Origin: a virus
IMG/VR virus record: IMGVR_UViG_3300007513_000028
Coordinates: 5,674-69,673 of that record
DNA: 64,000 bases
Reading direction: 5' to 3' (one strand)
The position numbers and the translations under genes were made by a program. Under the pieces are notes generated by a model, which was given only the letters and a program-made list of their open reading frames with translations, ran no database searches and was not told the origin of the DNA. Shown piece after piece: positions 19,970 through 32,100 of this stretch. Positions within the stretch are counted from its first letter, which is position 1. The number at the start of each line of letters is the position of its first letter.

Positions 19970-22930
19970 ATGCCGATGCACACTTCGGACACAAGATTAC
20001 AACATTTAGACTGTCTTAAAAAATTAGGATGGTTAGGATTTGATGTTACTCATATGGGCGACCCTGATGGGTATCTATTATCCCCCTGTTGTGAACATGG
20101 GTATCGGGTTGTATATGGCCCCAGACCGAAATTAGACTGGGAACGCGCAAAGACAGGAATGACCAGAAATCAAGATCCGTCTACTAAGTCTGGAGGAAGT
20201 CTTGAGGGTGTGTGGAATTGGGAAGATTCCCAAGGCGGCGATCAGGCATCCTTTTTTACTCATGAACAAAGATTAGGAAATGATGGAAGTTGGGTTTTGA
20301 TTGCAGGTGCCCGTCAGGATGCATCGGGGGCCCCGATTGACGCATATGCAAAATGGTGGGCCACGAGTCAGAGTGATGCGGATACGATTGAAGAAGAATT
20401 GGTTGGCGCAGGTTCGGCAGGCAATTTAGGGTCGCATTCAAATCCTCAATGGGGCGGCCATGTGGGGCAAGGTGGCGACTGGTTGGGAAGAAGGCAAAGC
20501 TGGAGGCATGAAGAACATTGGCATCATGCCGGGGGAATGTTTCATAATTTAAGAAGGTGGACTAAGGCTCATAAAAATGCTTCATTTGGAGGGCATGGTG
20601 GTGGTCAGTTTGGAGCTTCTACTGGAGGGATTGCCGACCCTGGCCTCGGAGAGTCTTCGGGTCTTCCTGATTTGGATGAAAAATTTGCTGCAAGTTCTAT
20701 TTGGTGGGTCAAGTATGGAAATCGAGCCTTTCTTGGAGTGACAAAGTGCATTGATCCTCTTGGCGCACAACAAGAACGAGATGACCACGGAAATCATGGA
20801 GTTGGTTCAAATTGGCGCGGTCTGGGTCTGGACGATTTTGATGTAAATGGAGTTGTCCCTCCAGGCGCCTCTGCCCAAGGTGGATATGTTCCAAAGATTC
20901 TTTTTTGGGGAGGAGAAATTCTTGGTGCCCAGGGAAATGCAATTACTGATGCAGCCGGAGAAATTACTGGAATTGAAATAACTGATCCCGGTGTGTCTGT
21001 GGTCACAGACATTGATGATTCCACTATTGAAATTCCCAATGTCTCGGTATCAATGCCCCATCATTATAAGGGATTTGAAGCAACTGCAACGGTGTCTACT
21101 GAACTTGAAGACATCAAGGCGGCATTGCCTGGCCTGATTAAGACAAAAGAAGAAATGATGGGGGAGCTTTGCGATGGATATAATGATCCAATTGCACAGA
21201 CCTTTTTAATAAATGGAATTGCACATCCAGATGGAGTATTTGTTCCGAGTATTGATGTTTGTTTTCAGAGCAAGCCAGAGTGGGGAGGACAAATTCCTGT
21301 GTTTTTAGAAATTCGCCCAACCATTAATGGATTTCCTCATTCGGAAAAATTTATTGCGTCCAAGATGCTATATCCAAATAAGGTGCATGTTGCAAGTGGG
21401 CATAGTGTAGAAGATTTTGCGCTGCCTCCTTGGGAAAGCCCAATAGACCATCATACAGAAACTGTAGAGGTCGAAGGTGCAAAGGCAGTTTCTTTTCCTA
21501 ATTTTAATGATGAATTTGCATATACGCGATTTGAATTTGATTATCCTCATTACTTGGAACCGGGAGAATATTCAATTGTTATTCGGTCGAATGACAGTTC
21601 ATATCGGTGCTGGATTGCAGATACCCGTGGCGAGGCAGTTGTTGGAGACAAGACATTGGCTCAATTTGATGATGATGGCTACGAAAAGGTCAGCGGAACA
21701 TATGCCAAACAATATGGCGGTTCATTTTTCAGGTCACAGAACGGAAGAACATGGACCCCAGATCAATGGCAGGACTTGATGTTCAGGGTGAACCAATGCA
21801 CCTTTGGTGGAAGTAAAATTTCTCCTGAGATTGGAGATGTGGACTTTGTTGCAGGAACAAATTTGGATTCTCATTTTGAATATGACAGACTTAAATTAAA
21901 TATGTTTTCTACAATAATTCCGAATCGTTCTTCGACAAAGATTACTGGATCTGTTTATGCTCAGAAATCTTCGGATTCCGAAGGAACCCTTTCTGTTATT
22001 GAGGGAGAATCTGGTTCATTGTTTTCTGAAACAGAGGACACAGGAACCCGCGACATGCCAGAAAGAATGAAATTATATGCAGGAAAATCATATGGCGATG
22101 CATCATTCAAGGCAAGTTTCGAGTTGAGTACGACAAATCCAGATGTGTCTCCTGTGATTGATGCAAGAAATTCTTATATTGTTCCTATACGAAATGAAAT
22201 TAATTCGGGAGGCCTAAGGAAAGAAAATATTAATATTTCGGCTGTGGGTTCAAATTATCAAAACAACGACAGGTTTCAGGTGAACGGCGGGGGAAGCACA
22301 GAAACTGCATATTTTAAGGTGACAGTCGATGGAAGCGATAGAATTAAGTCTCTTGTCATGTGTGACTCTGGCGGAACTGAAAAAACAGAATCTGGAAAGG
22401 GGTTTTATACTTCAAAAGATATTGTAGTCAGCAATTCAGGTACAATGGGTTCTGCATCTGCCGGAGGTTCTGCCTTTGAAATTTTATCCGAAGAAGGTCA
22501 AGAAGGAGGAAATGCAAAGGCTCGATATGTCACTCGCCCAGTCAATCTTGCAGCAGGAATGACTGCAAGAGGCATTCGAGTTTATTTGACGGCACAACAA
22601 CCCTATGGGTCGAGTATGTATGTATATCATAAGGTTCTTGCAGAAGAAGATGCAGAAGATATTAATCGAAAGAAATGGAAGCTCATGACAAGAACGACCC
22701 CAGACGAAGACTTTTTCTCTGGGCCCCAGTCTACATTTGAAGGCGCATCTAATCTCTCTGGAGGAGTTCATGAATATGTGTTTGATTCTGATGAAATAAT
22801 TTCATATACAACAGATGCCGGGGTGACCTATGACAGTTTTAAAACTTTTGCAATCAAGGTTGTTACTTTGGCTGACAACCCAGCCAAGGTTCCTGTCGTT
22901 AATTCTCTTCGAGCAATTGCCGTATTTTAA
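19970..22930 (+). CDS. VrlC/DUF4815-like C-terminal part, carried as a separate gene with an unrecognised N-terminal region
   Basis: DPIAQTF, GVFV.SIDV.F..KP, YL.PGEY.IV, GSFFRSQNG.TW...Q..DLMF, VSPVID and F..FAIKVV..VP.V..LRAIA motifs. It has its own AGGAG Shine-Dalgarno. Confidence 0.8.
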   Translation: MPMHTSDTRLQHLDCLKKLGWLGFDVTHMGDPDGYLLSPCCEHGYRVVYGPRPKLDWERAKTGMTRNQDPSTKSGGSLEGVWNWEDSQGGDQASFFTHEQRLGNDGSWVLIAGARQDASGAPIDAYAKWWATSQSDADTIEEELVGAGSAGNLGSHSNPQWGGHVGQGGDWLGRRQSWRHEEHWHHAGGMFHNLRRWTKAHKNASFGGHGGGQFGASTGGIADPGLGESSGLPDLDEKFAASSIWWVKYGNRAFLGVTKCIDPLGAQQERDDHGNHGVGSNWRGLGLDDFDVNGVVPPGASAQGGYVPKILFWGGEILGAQGNAITDAAGEITGIEITDPGVSVVTDIDDSTIEIPNVSVSMPHHYKGFEATATVSTELEDIKAALPGLIKTKEEMMGELCDGYNDPIAQTFLINGIAHPDGVFVPSIDVCFQSKPEWGGQIPVFLEIRPTINGFPHSEKFIASKMLYPNKVHVASGHSVEDFALPPWESPIDHHTETVEVEGAKAVSFPNFNDEFAYTRFEFDYPHYLEPGEYSIVIRSNDSSYRCWIADTRGEAVVGDKTLAQFDDDGYEKVSGTYAKQYGGSFFRSQNGRTWTPDQWQDLMFRVNQCTFGGSKISPEIGDVDFVAGTNLDSHFEYDRLKLNMFSTIIPNRSSTKITGSVYAQKSSDSEGTLSVIEGESGSLFSETEDTGTRDMPERMKLYAGKSYGDASFKASFELSTTNPDVSPVIDARNSYIVPIRNEINSGGLRKENINISAVGSNYQNNDRFQVNGGGSTETAYFKVTVDGSDRIKSLVMCDSGGTEKTESGKGFYTSKDIVVSNSGTMGSASAGGSAFEILSEEGQEGGNAKARYVTRPVNLAAGMTARGIRVYLTAQQPYGSSMYVYHKVLAEEDAEDINRKKWKLMTRTTPDEDFFSGPQSTFEGASNLSGGVHEYVFDSDEIISYTTDAGVTYDSFKTFAIKVVTLADNPAKVPVVNSLRAIAVF

Positions 22931-22954
22931 AAAAATAAAAATGGTTTTATAATA

Positions 22955-23185
22955 ATGTCACGTTTGGTTAAAACAGATAATCCAGACTATATGAAAGACG
23001 AAGACAATGGGGCATTGGTTTCTACGAATGTTCGTGCATTCAATGAACATAAACTGAAAGAAGAGCAGACACAAAAATTAAAAAATCAAGAAAACGACCT
23101 AAATAATATTAAATCTGAAGTATATGAACTTAAAAATGAAATAAGTGAAATGAAAGATTTACTTCAACAACTTTTGAAAAAATAG
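22955..23185 (+). CDS. Small coiled-coil protein typically found after VrlC-like genes in T4-like phages
   Basis: KD..NGALVSTN motif followed by heptad LNNIKSEVYELKNEISEMKDLL; synteny. Confidence 0.7.
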   Translation: MSRLVKTDNPDYMKDEDNGALVSTNVRAFNEHKLKEEQTQKLKNQENDLNNIKSEVYELKNEISEMKDLLQQLLKK

Positions 23186-23198
23186 GACGTTTTAATTA

Positions 23199-26100
23199 AT
23201 GCCCAAGTTTGATTCACCGATAAATATAAAGACTCTCAAAAGCAGAAGTAGCAATTCTGCATTGGTGCATCTTGGTGATGACAACAGAGTTGGCATAGGT
23301 ACTGAGGCTCCAGAAACAAAACTCCATGTCGATGGTGCCATTACTGCCACTGGCCTGGTTGTCCCTGCCGGAATTTTGTCTACGTCTGTGGACACCGCCG
23401 AGTTTTGGGGATTTAATCCAAAATTTGATACATGGTATTTTGATGAACTTAATTTTCCTGTGGCCAATGGATATATTCAGACATCCGGCACAGATAAAGT
23501 TGAAAAGTCTTCGGATAGTGTTCTTGGTTCCTATAGCGCCCGATGGGCCCAGAGCATAGGATCTGTCTGGGAACGAGAGGTCGAATTTCCAGAACCTCTT
23601 TATGCCAATGTCTTTGTCCAAGGAACATATTCATATAAGTTTGAGTATTATGGTTCAGGAGAACCCGGCCTTGCGATCACGCTGACACATAGAGAAAAAG
23701 CTAACAGCGACCTTTCGTCTGTTGTCGGAAAAACATGGGCTTCCGAGTATTCAAATACGTTTATTTCTCCTACATTTCCTTTGCATACGCTTGGGAGTTG
23801 GCAGACCGCCGCATGGCGAGCGCATACTCCTCCGAACCGAGAAATTACCAAACTAAAGATTGAAATTATTGCAAGTTCTGCTTTGGGGCAGACTTATGAT
23901 TCGGCAGACGCCGGGATTGAATTGAGTGGCGGCGCCGGGACTGCGACATCCATTGGTGGTGATGATGATTATGATTGGTATCTGGATGGCCTGGCATTCA
24001 ATTTTATGCATCCCGATGCAAGAATTGACCAAGAGGGAAGAATCACGGGCGCATATATTGCATATGCAGCAATTGATGATGCACACATAAAGAATATGAT
24101 TTCGTCTCCTGCGGCAAGGGTTATTGCCCCAGCCAGCCACCCCACTTCGGCTGGCTTATATGTAGACGGATTGGTTGCAAACGACGACTATGCTGCCGGG
24201 TGGAGCATATCCAAAGACGGAACCATCAAGGGAACGGACATTAAAATTTACGGTCCTGATGGCAAGGTCAAGATTTCTGGAAGTGGAATAAATCCATTTG
24301 CCGAGTGGGCTGGCCGAAGCCTTGCAGACCTTGACTCAAGTGCATCGTCCTATCTCTACGGATTGGCATTTGAGGAAAGTAACTCCACCGGGCTTATGGC
24401 CAACGTCGGATTCTTGGCAACGTCAGGAACCGATTCTGATGCCATTGTTTCCAGCGCACAGTCATTATATATTGCCAATACTGTTGATGGCACGGCATCT
24501 ATCGGAAGCGCACTTGCAAACGGAACAATTCAGTACAACGGAATTGCATCAAATGCTCCTCCGGGTTCTATTTTTACTGGCGGAAAGAATGTAGTCAAAA
24601 ATCAAGATGCCTATATTTTGTTTTTGGCCAACACGCAAAAATGGGATTCTGATATTGGTGCCCAGCAAAAGTATCATGCAAACACTCTTCTTGGTGAATA
24701 TGGCCTCTATGTTCTAGGAACACCCACAGTCGGCGGATGGGTATATCATCCCCATGCAAATGACACATGGTATTCCATTGATTCTCTTCAGTCTGGCAAT
24801 CGACTACATGAAGACGACTTTCTGGTTGTCGGTAAAATCAAAACAGATATTTCTGGCAACATTCTTTCTGGAGTTCTCCAGCCTCCGAAATCTCCAGATT
24901 CGATTACTGCTCCAGAGGCATTAACTTCTGCTCCTGCCATTAATATTCCGGTTGGTGGAATTCTTTTTGCAGATATTCATTTAAACCAATGGAATCATAC
25001 TGCAAACTCAGGTGAAGTCCAACTCACAAATTCGAGAAATAATCCAAATACTGAATTTACTTTTATCCATCCCGGAACAAATGATCCAAACGACAGCACA
25101 CTTCATACAGTAAACGGTGCCTATGGTGTTCTTACAAGCCTTGAAGATTTTCCAGGGACTCGATATATTACATTTGTGGGTGCAGATAGAACAGACGAGC
25201 AAGTGGCAGCGGGCACACCAAGCTCTCGATTTACATTACAGACTGGCCATTCTCCAGATTTTGTTGCAGCCTTTCCGCTCGGCACTCCTCCGCGATGGTA
25301 CTACAATCAAGATGAAGGAAAGTTTTCTACATTCACGCCGACTGACAGAGATTGTATTGTTGCCCGTGTGGATGCCAATGGATCAGTAGGGGCACTCACA
25401 AACATTTATCGGTATGCCGAACGCGAGGCAACCACTCCAGAGGGCGGAGTAATTTCTGATGTAATCATAAATCCCCCATTGGGAATGGCATCCGGCGGAA
25501 CTCTGTTTGCAGATCTACATGTAAATAAAGAATTTAAACAATCCGACAATACCACTCCAGCCAATACTGGTTTTGTTGCTCTGGTAAATACCGAAAATAA
25601 TCCAAGAAACAGGTTCTTTGTCATTCATCCAGACAACGGATACTTTTGGGAAGTTGCAAATACTGGTCGCGGCGTCGTAACCAACTTAAATAACGGAGTG
25701 CGAACTGGGGGTTCAAATACAGGAACCCGACATATTGCATTCGTCGGAGGCACCTGGCCGCACGAAGAGAACCGATTCCCGATGGCAGCCGGATATGAAA
25801 ATGTTTCCAATGATTTTATTGCAGTAACCAAATATCATCCAGACACAGGAAAGATACATCCAACTTCTGGAGTATGGTATTACGACAATGGGCAGAATGC
25901 GACCACCACGTTTACTGTCAATGCCAATGATTTTATTATTGCCACACTCAGTTCGTTCAATGCACAGACAGATGGGATCGACCAAGTAACCCGCTGGTCC
26001 GGCCGTGCCGCACAGATTGAAATCAACGGAGAAATGGTAACCGTTGACAGCATAAGGAACGATCTGTTGGGTGGCATTGCTCATGTACTCGACTATGCCG

Positions 26101-29100
26101 AAACGGCTGCAAACACGGCAATGGATCAGGCAATTCTTGCATATGATCTTGCTGCCAATGCGTCTGCCAATGCAACAAAATCTTTGGGGCTTCTTGATAA
26201 TCAGAATGTTATTTATTTTACAGAAGAAGGTTCTGCTGCTCCTACGAGTGGAACCTATGGGAATGCTCAGTCTGATGTTGCATGGACATACAATGACATA
26301 TGGATTAATACGAGTATCTACGGCAGGCATCTTGATGGGTCGTGGAGTACCAATGCAATTTTCAGGTATGCCAATTCGGGCGGCGGCTTTGACGATTCTT
26401 CTGCAACAGAGACTTCTTCTGGTTCGACGGTGGGGCTGGCATGGAGAAGCGACCGCACCAATCCTACTGGGCGTGCATATATTGTTGGCCTCGAAGGAAG
26501 AGATTTGGCAGACAGGGCTCAAATTAATTTCTATGTCCCAAGGTCCGCAGAAGTCTATCCGTTTTATGGTCCGAATGTCGCCGTTCTTTCTACGGGAGAA
26601 TTAAATAGAAATCCAGAAGGCGACCAATGGTATGACATATTCGGAAATCCTCCAGAGAATCATCTTTATATCTATAGAACAAATACTGCATTTAGTAATA
26701 ATTCACACTATAAGGTAAGCACAGAAGACGGATTTGTTTCGGCAGCCCATAAGGGATATATTTCAACAGGCCTGGGTGCCTGGGCCCAGACGGTTCACAA
26801 TACTGCAACATCTGGTCTTTGGGACGAGACAACAAAGCCAACAGGATGGTGGGACTTTCAGGATGGTGCCGCAGGAGATGCAACAGGTCTTGTAGACTCA
26901 GAAAGAAATGCAAGGATTGCCGCCGATCAAATAATAGATGACAGCGCAGCAAATGCACTTTCGAGAGCAGCAGATGCACAGGCGGCCGCCGACAGGGAAA
27001 TCCTTGCATTCTTTGAGATTGGTGCGCCGACTGCCACAAGCAATGGTGATGTCTGGATCAAGACAGACACCGCAATTGATTCCACAGGAACCAAGAATTT
27101 AAATTCAATCTTTGTTTCAAATACCACTTCGGGCATTCCCGGAATTGGAGCAGGGAGTGACCTTTTCTGGAACTATGGGCCAAACAATGCAATTGGTTTG
27201 ATGTATCTTGAAAGTTATTCTTCGGGTGTCTCTGGAGTATTTGATCGTGGCACTAATATTATGCCAAGAGGATATTCTCTCTTTGATGCTCCTCTGAGTG
27301 ATTATGATATTTCATTAGACCCCACACAAACAAATCTTCCATATCCATTTTTTCTTGTATCGCATAGCTCGCTTAGTGGCACTCCTAAAGATACTGTAAT
27401 AAGCATTAATACAACTTCTGGCTGGGTTGGAACAAATTCGTTAGAGGTTTCGGGAAATAGTGAAGTTTGGGCACGATTTACGCGCCAGGGCCTTTGGACC
27501 CGAGGCTCGTATAATTATCCAGCAGTTCATCTTCCAAGAGGAAAAAAATGGATTTTGTCATGGTATGCGAAATCGAATAATGCACTTCAAACTCGCATTG
27601 CCCCCGCCCTAGGCCTTCGAGACAAAGATAGCCCATCGGCAAACATAGTAACGGTTTTCAATTCCACCAATGGCAAGGGAAGACTCAGCGCCAATAATGA
27701 GTGGGAACGAATGTGGGTATATTTTGACCTCACGGGAGCAAATGCCACACACACCGATCTTGATATTACTGAATATGATTCAGAACTTTATGGAAGGGGT
27801 CTTGTTGATGGAATAAGTTCATTAGCCCCTGCCGACCCATCCCATATTTTAGTCGGTACTGGAGACTCTACCCCTTGGTCAAAACCATATGCAGCAAATC
27901 TAAATTCTATGATGATTCGATTGGATGCCGTTGCGGTAGATTCTTCAGGAGTCAAAGCAGGCTCGACCCATAATGTACACGCATGGTTCGATGCCCTCCA
28001 ACTAGAAGAAGTCCCAGACAACGTATATGCTCCGTCACAATTCAAAGAACCCTCTGATGGGACTGCAATTGTATTCGGAAGAAAAATTACAGATGGAAAG
28101 ATTGTTACCCATTATTATGATTCCAGAGACAATGGCGGCCAGCATGGACCCATTCCAAATACGACTCCGACAGGGCTTCCGAATCCACAACCGCACGGAG
28201 ACTTCTGGATTGATACAGGAAATAATAATATCATTTTCAGGTATCACCAGAATGATTTTAATGCAATTCCGACTGCTCAAAATATTTTCTGGACATCTGT
28301 AACAAACGGAGATGGCTGGTATACAACAGAAGACTTGAGGACAGGCAATGCACTCTCTACTTCCTATGATGCGCTCGCAAATGCGGCATCGGCTCGGGCG
28401 GCCGCCGACAGAGAAATCTTTGCATTCTTTGAAACTGGTTCACTTAATAATTCATCACCACCAGTCGCTTCGGGAAATGGTGATATATGGATTGATACAG
28501 ATAGTTTTGCAACGCTGAATACAAGTTCAATATATGTTGCAAGGGCACCAGGGTCCGGCGCTTGGGAACAATCTCCCGATAGTGCAATTGGTCAGGTCTA
28601 TCTTGAGGCATGGACTGCCGGAGAAACGGCATCGCGGGCAGACTCTCTTGCCATAAGTGCATTCGGAACCAGCGACCTTCCGTTCCCTGTGTATCCAGAA
28701 GCCAATGGCATCATGGGAGTGGGCGCGACAGGCAATGTGGTGTTCTATAAGAATTCGACCCAGGAGTTTGAACCCGGCACCTCCACCTCGGCCGAGGGAG
28801 AGTTTTCTGCATACAATCGCGGAGGAGTTGATTTCGTCGGACCAACCGGAAAGTTGTGGTATCCAGAATCTGGGGGTTATGGGATTCCCGAAACTGGGGC
28901 CATTCACACAAGGCTTGAAGGGGCTGGCGGCACGGGCGAAACTACTGAAGCAAGGTATATTATGTATACCAATCAAAGTGCTTCCGTGCGATTTTCGAGC
29001 CCTGCTGGCATGGGAAGTCATGACCATTTTATTACAGTCGAATGGGAACCTGTATCTGAATCGTGGCAAGCGTATGATAATAGTACCGGCGTTTTTAAGT

Positions 29101-32100
29101 TCACTCCAGACGCAGCAAATGGCGACTTTCTTGTTGGCAAAATCACAAGACCAACCGCAGTTCCAGAAGGAATAAAGACTCTGGAATCATGGGTCTTCAA
29201 GACCCTTCCTGTCCAGACACAAAATTTCACAGACGGAAAGATTGTCACTCACTTTGGAACCCACTATACTGTTTCTGGGCCGGACAAGGGCACCTGGGGC
29301 CCAATTCCAAATACAACTCCGACAGGTCTTGCAAATCCACAGCCGCATGGCGACTTCTGGATTGACACTTCAAACAACAATATTGTTTTCCGCTATCATC
29401 AGAATGATATTGATGCCGCAGTTCCTTCTGCCCAGGTAGCTTTTCATTATGCAGCCACCTCGGCTTCTCCAGATGGATGGTACTCCACAGAAGACTTGAG
29501 AACGGGCAATGCACTCTCTACTTCATATAGTGCAGTTCAGGCTGCGGCGACCGCCCAGGCAGCAGCCGATAGAGAGATTCAGGTTTTCTTTGATCCCTCG
29601 ACCACAAATTCAATTCCAAATGCTTCAGGAAACGGAGATGTTTGGATTCAAACCGATCTTGCAATAAAGGCAGATGGTTCTGCAAACACAGGAGCAATCT
29701 ATAGGGCAAATACACAAAATACAGGAGCGCACTATATTGACCTGGGTGCCAACTATATGCCGAGAGCATATACTACTTTTGAATATCCAGAAGACCAGTA
29801 TAGACGCGATAGTGTATCTGTTAAATATCCTATTTCTGAAATTGATAATTATTATGGGGCCCCGTCATGGACCGGAAATATTTCTATTGACACGACTCAT
29901 TCAAAATTTGGTGGGGCAAGCATTCGACATAGAATGCGAGAAGAGTCGTTACATTATCACGGGTTTGCGCTAGGAGCAAATTGGCCCCCCGGCACTCATC
30001 CGGGAGCGGATACCGAGGCACAATTAAATTCTTATGGGGGAATTAAAATTCCCAAAGGAAAAAAGTGGATATTTTCATATTGGACATATACTGACTCCGA
30101 TTGGTATAGTTCTGCGTCAGACCCTTTTGACGGGCAAGAGGTTTCAATATGGTTAAGAAATACCGAAACTCCGACTGCGAACCTTGCCTCTGTCCGATAC
30201 GCCCGAGCAAATATTACTGCAAAAAATAAATGGGAGCGGCAATCTGCGGTTCTGGATCTTAGATATACTTCTACAATTCCCGGAGAAGGGCTCCAAGTTC
30301 CGACCAATTTACACGGCACAGGATTGCCTAATTTCACTCTTTTAAGCACAGTCTATACTGCCGAAGGAACAGCGTCTGGCGGAGCAGCCGCCACCCCAAT
30401 TGCCTGGAATGATGTTGACGAGATTGTGCCCAGACTAACTATTGCCGATGGCGTGTCATCAAGTTCTTCTGTACGAACCTCCATTCATTCAGGAAACACA
30501 ATTTGGTATGATGGATTCATGTTGGAAGAAGACACTTCTGGCACTAATGCCAATACTCCTTCTGATGATGTTCACTACTGGCACCCAGCCCCAAACAATG
30601 GAATTGGCACCACATATCTCTTAGGATATGCAAACAATGATTATACGCGGGCCCTTGCAGACGGAAAGATTGTAAATCATTATGGTCCGAACTATGGTTC
30701 CAATCCATACTTTGGGCCAGATCCAGAGTTCACTCCCAAGGACAGGCTGGACAATCCGTCTCCGCATGGCGACCGATGGGTCAACACATCAAACAATAAT
30801 ATTGAATTTGTATACAATCAGAATAATTCAAATTATACTGCTCAGACAATTGTGTGGCATCCGGGTTCTCCATTTACCTTTAATGAACTTTCTGACCGTT
30901 CTGCATGGTACTCGACAGAAGATGACCGGGTTGCCAATGCACTTGCGTCTTCGTATAATGCCAATGCTGCTGCACTTGCTGCCCAGGGCCGTGCAGACGA
31001 TGCATACTCATCTGCGGCAGTCGCACAGGCAGCAGCCGACAGAGAAATTCTTGCGTTCTTTGCTTTACTTTCTAATGTTCCTGCTGCATCTGGAAACGGT
31101 GACATTTGGGTTGTTACTGACTACCCAGTAAATCTTGACGGAACTCCAAATGTGGCATCTCTTTATATTTCAAATACATTATCAACATCTCCTCCTGCAA
31201 TTCAAGACTCTGTAACAGCAACACAATATTGGAATCCTGCCCCAGAAAATGCAATTGGTCTTTCATATCTTGAGAGTTTTGCAGCAGGTGTCTCTGGAGC
31301 CTATCAGCGTGGTGATAATATTATTTCAAGAGGGTATTCTACCTTTGATGACCCGGCTGATTATGACATATTTAGAGGTCACGAACCAGGGGTGGGGAAA
31401 GTTTCGCGTACAGGACAAGAACCATATCCTATGACGGTGGAGGGTGGGGGAGGTATTGCGGAGAACGGCCTGGCAAATGTAACCATTGATACCACAAGGT
31501 CGCCCTCAGAAATTCCTGGGGGAAATAGTTTACGAATTAGGTCACCTCTTACTCCTTCCGGCCTAGAGGTGACATTTGCCAACGTCAATTACTATGACGA
31601 TACTACTTCTGCTGCTCATAATGGAACTTGGGCAATCAAAATTCCAACAGGAAGACGTTGGGTATTTTCTTATTATGTATCTGGAGATAATGATACATTA
31701 GCCACAGGCGCCCATAATCCATATATTATTCAATTAAATTTAAAGGATACCCAGAATCCAAACGCAAATGTGGCATACCTAAGATCAAATGAGGCCAAGT
31801 CGATACATCCAGATATTGATGAAGCAAATGTGTGGGTACGCAGATCTACTGTTATTGATTTTACGGATACCGAACATGATATGGGATGGAAGGACGGAGA
31901 CGTTCCGTGGGCTCCTGCGGGCGGAAATGGGAAAGGGCATTACCATCCGACTTTAGGGTATGATGCACCTGGCAACGGATGGCTTGTGTATGGGGCTGGG
32001 CCAGATGTTGGCGACGCGCCATACGAACCTCTGTATGCTGCCAATGTAGATAGCATGGTTATTCATTTGGGCCCGAGATGGGGCGAACAAGCCGAGGGCT

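Noticed and set aside
23098-23105. CCTAAATA inside the small coiled-coil ORF as a late promoter for the giant gene
   Set aside because: It lies in AT-rich coding sequence where chance matches are likely; it cannot be supported without transcription data.
25713-26522. 269-aa minus-strand ORF and many other antisense or alternative-frame ORFs
   Set aside because: They are shadows of long + strand genes, with no recognisable motifs or ribosome-binding sites.
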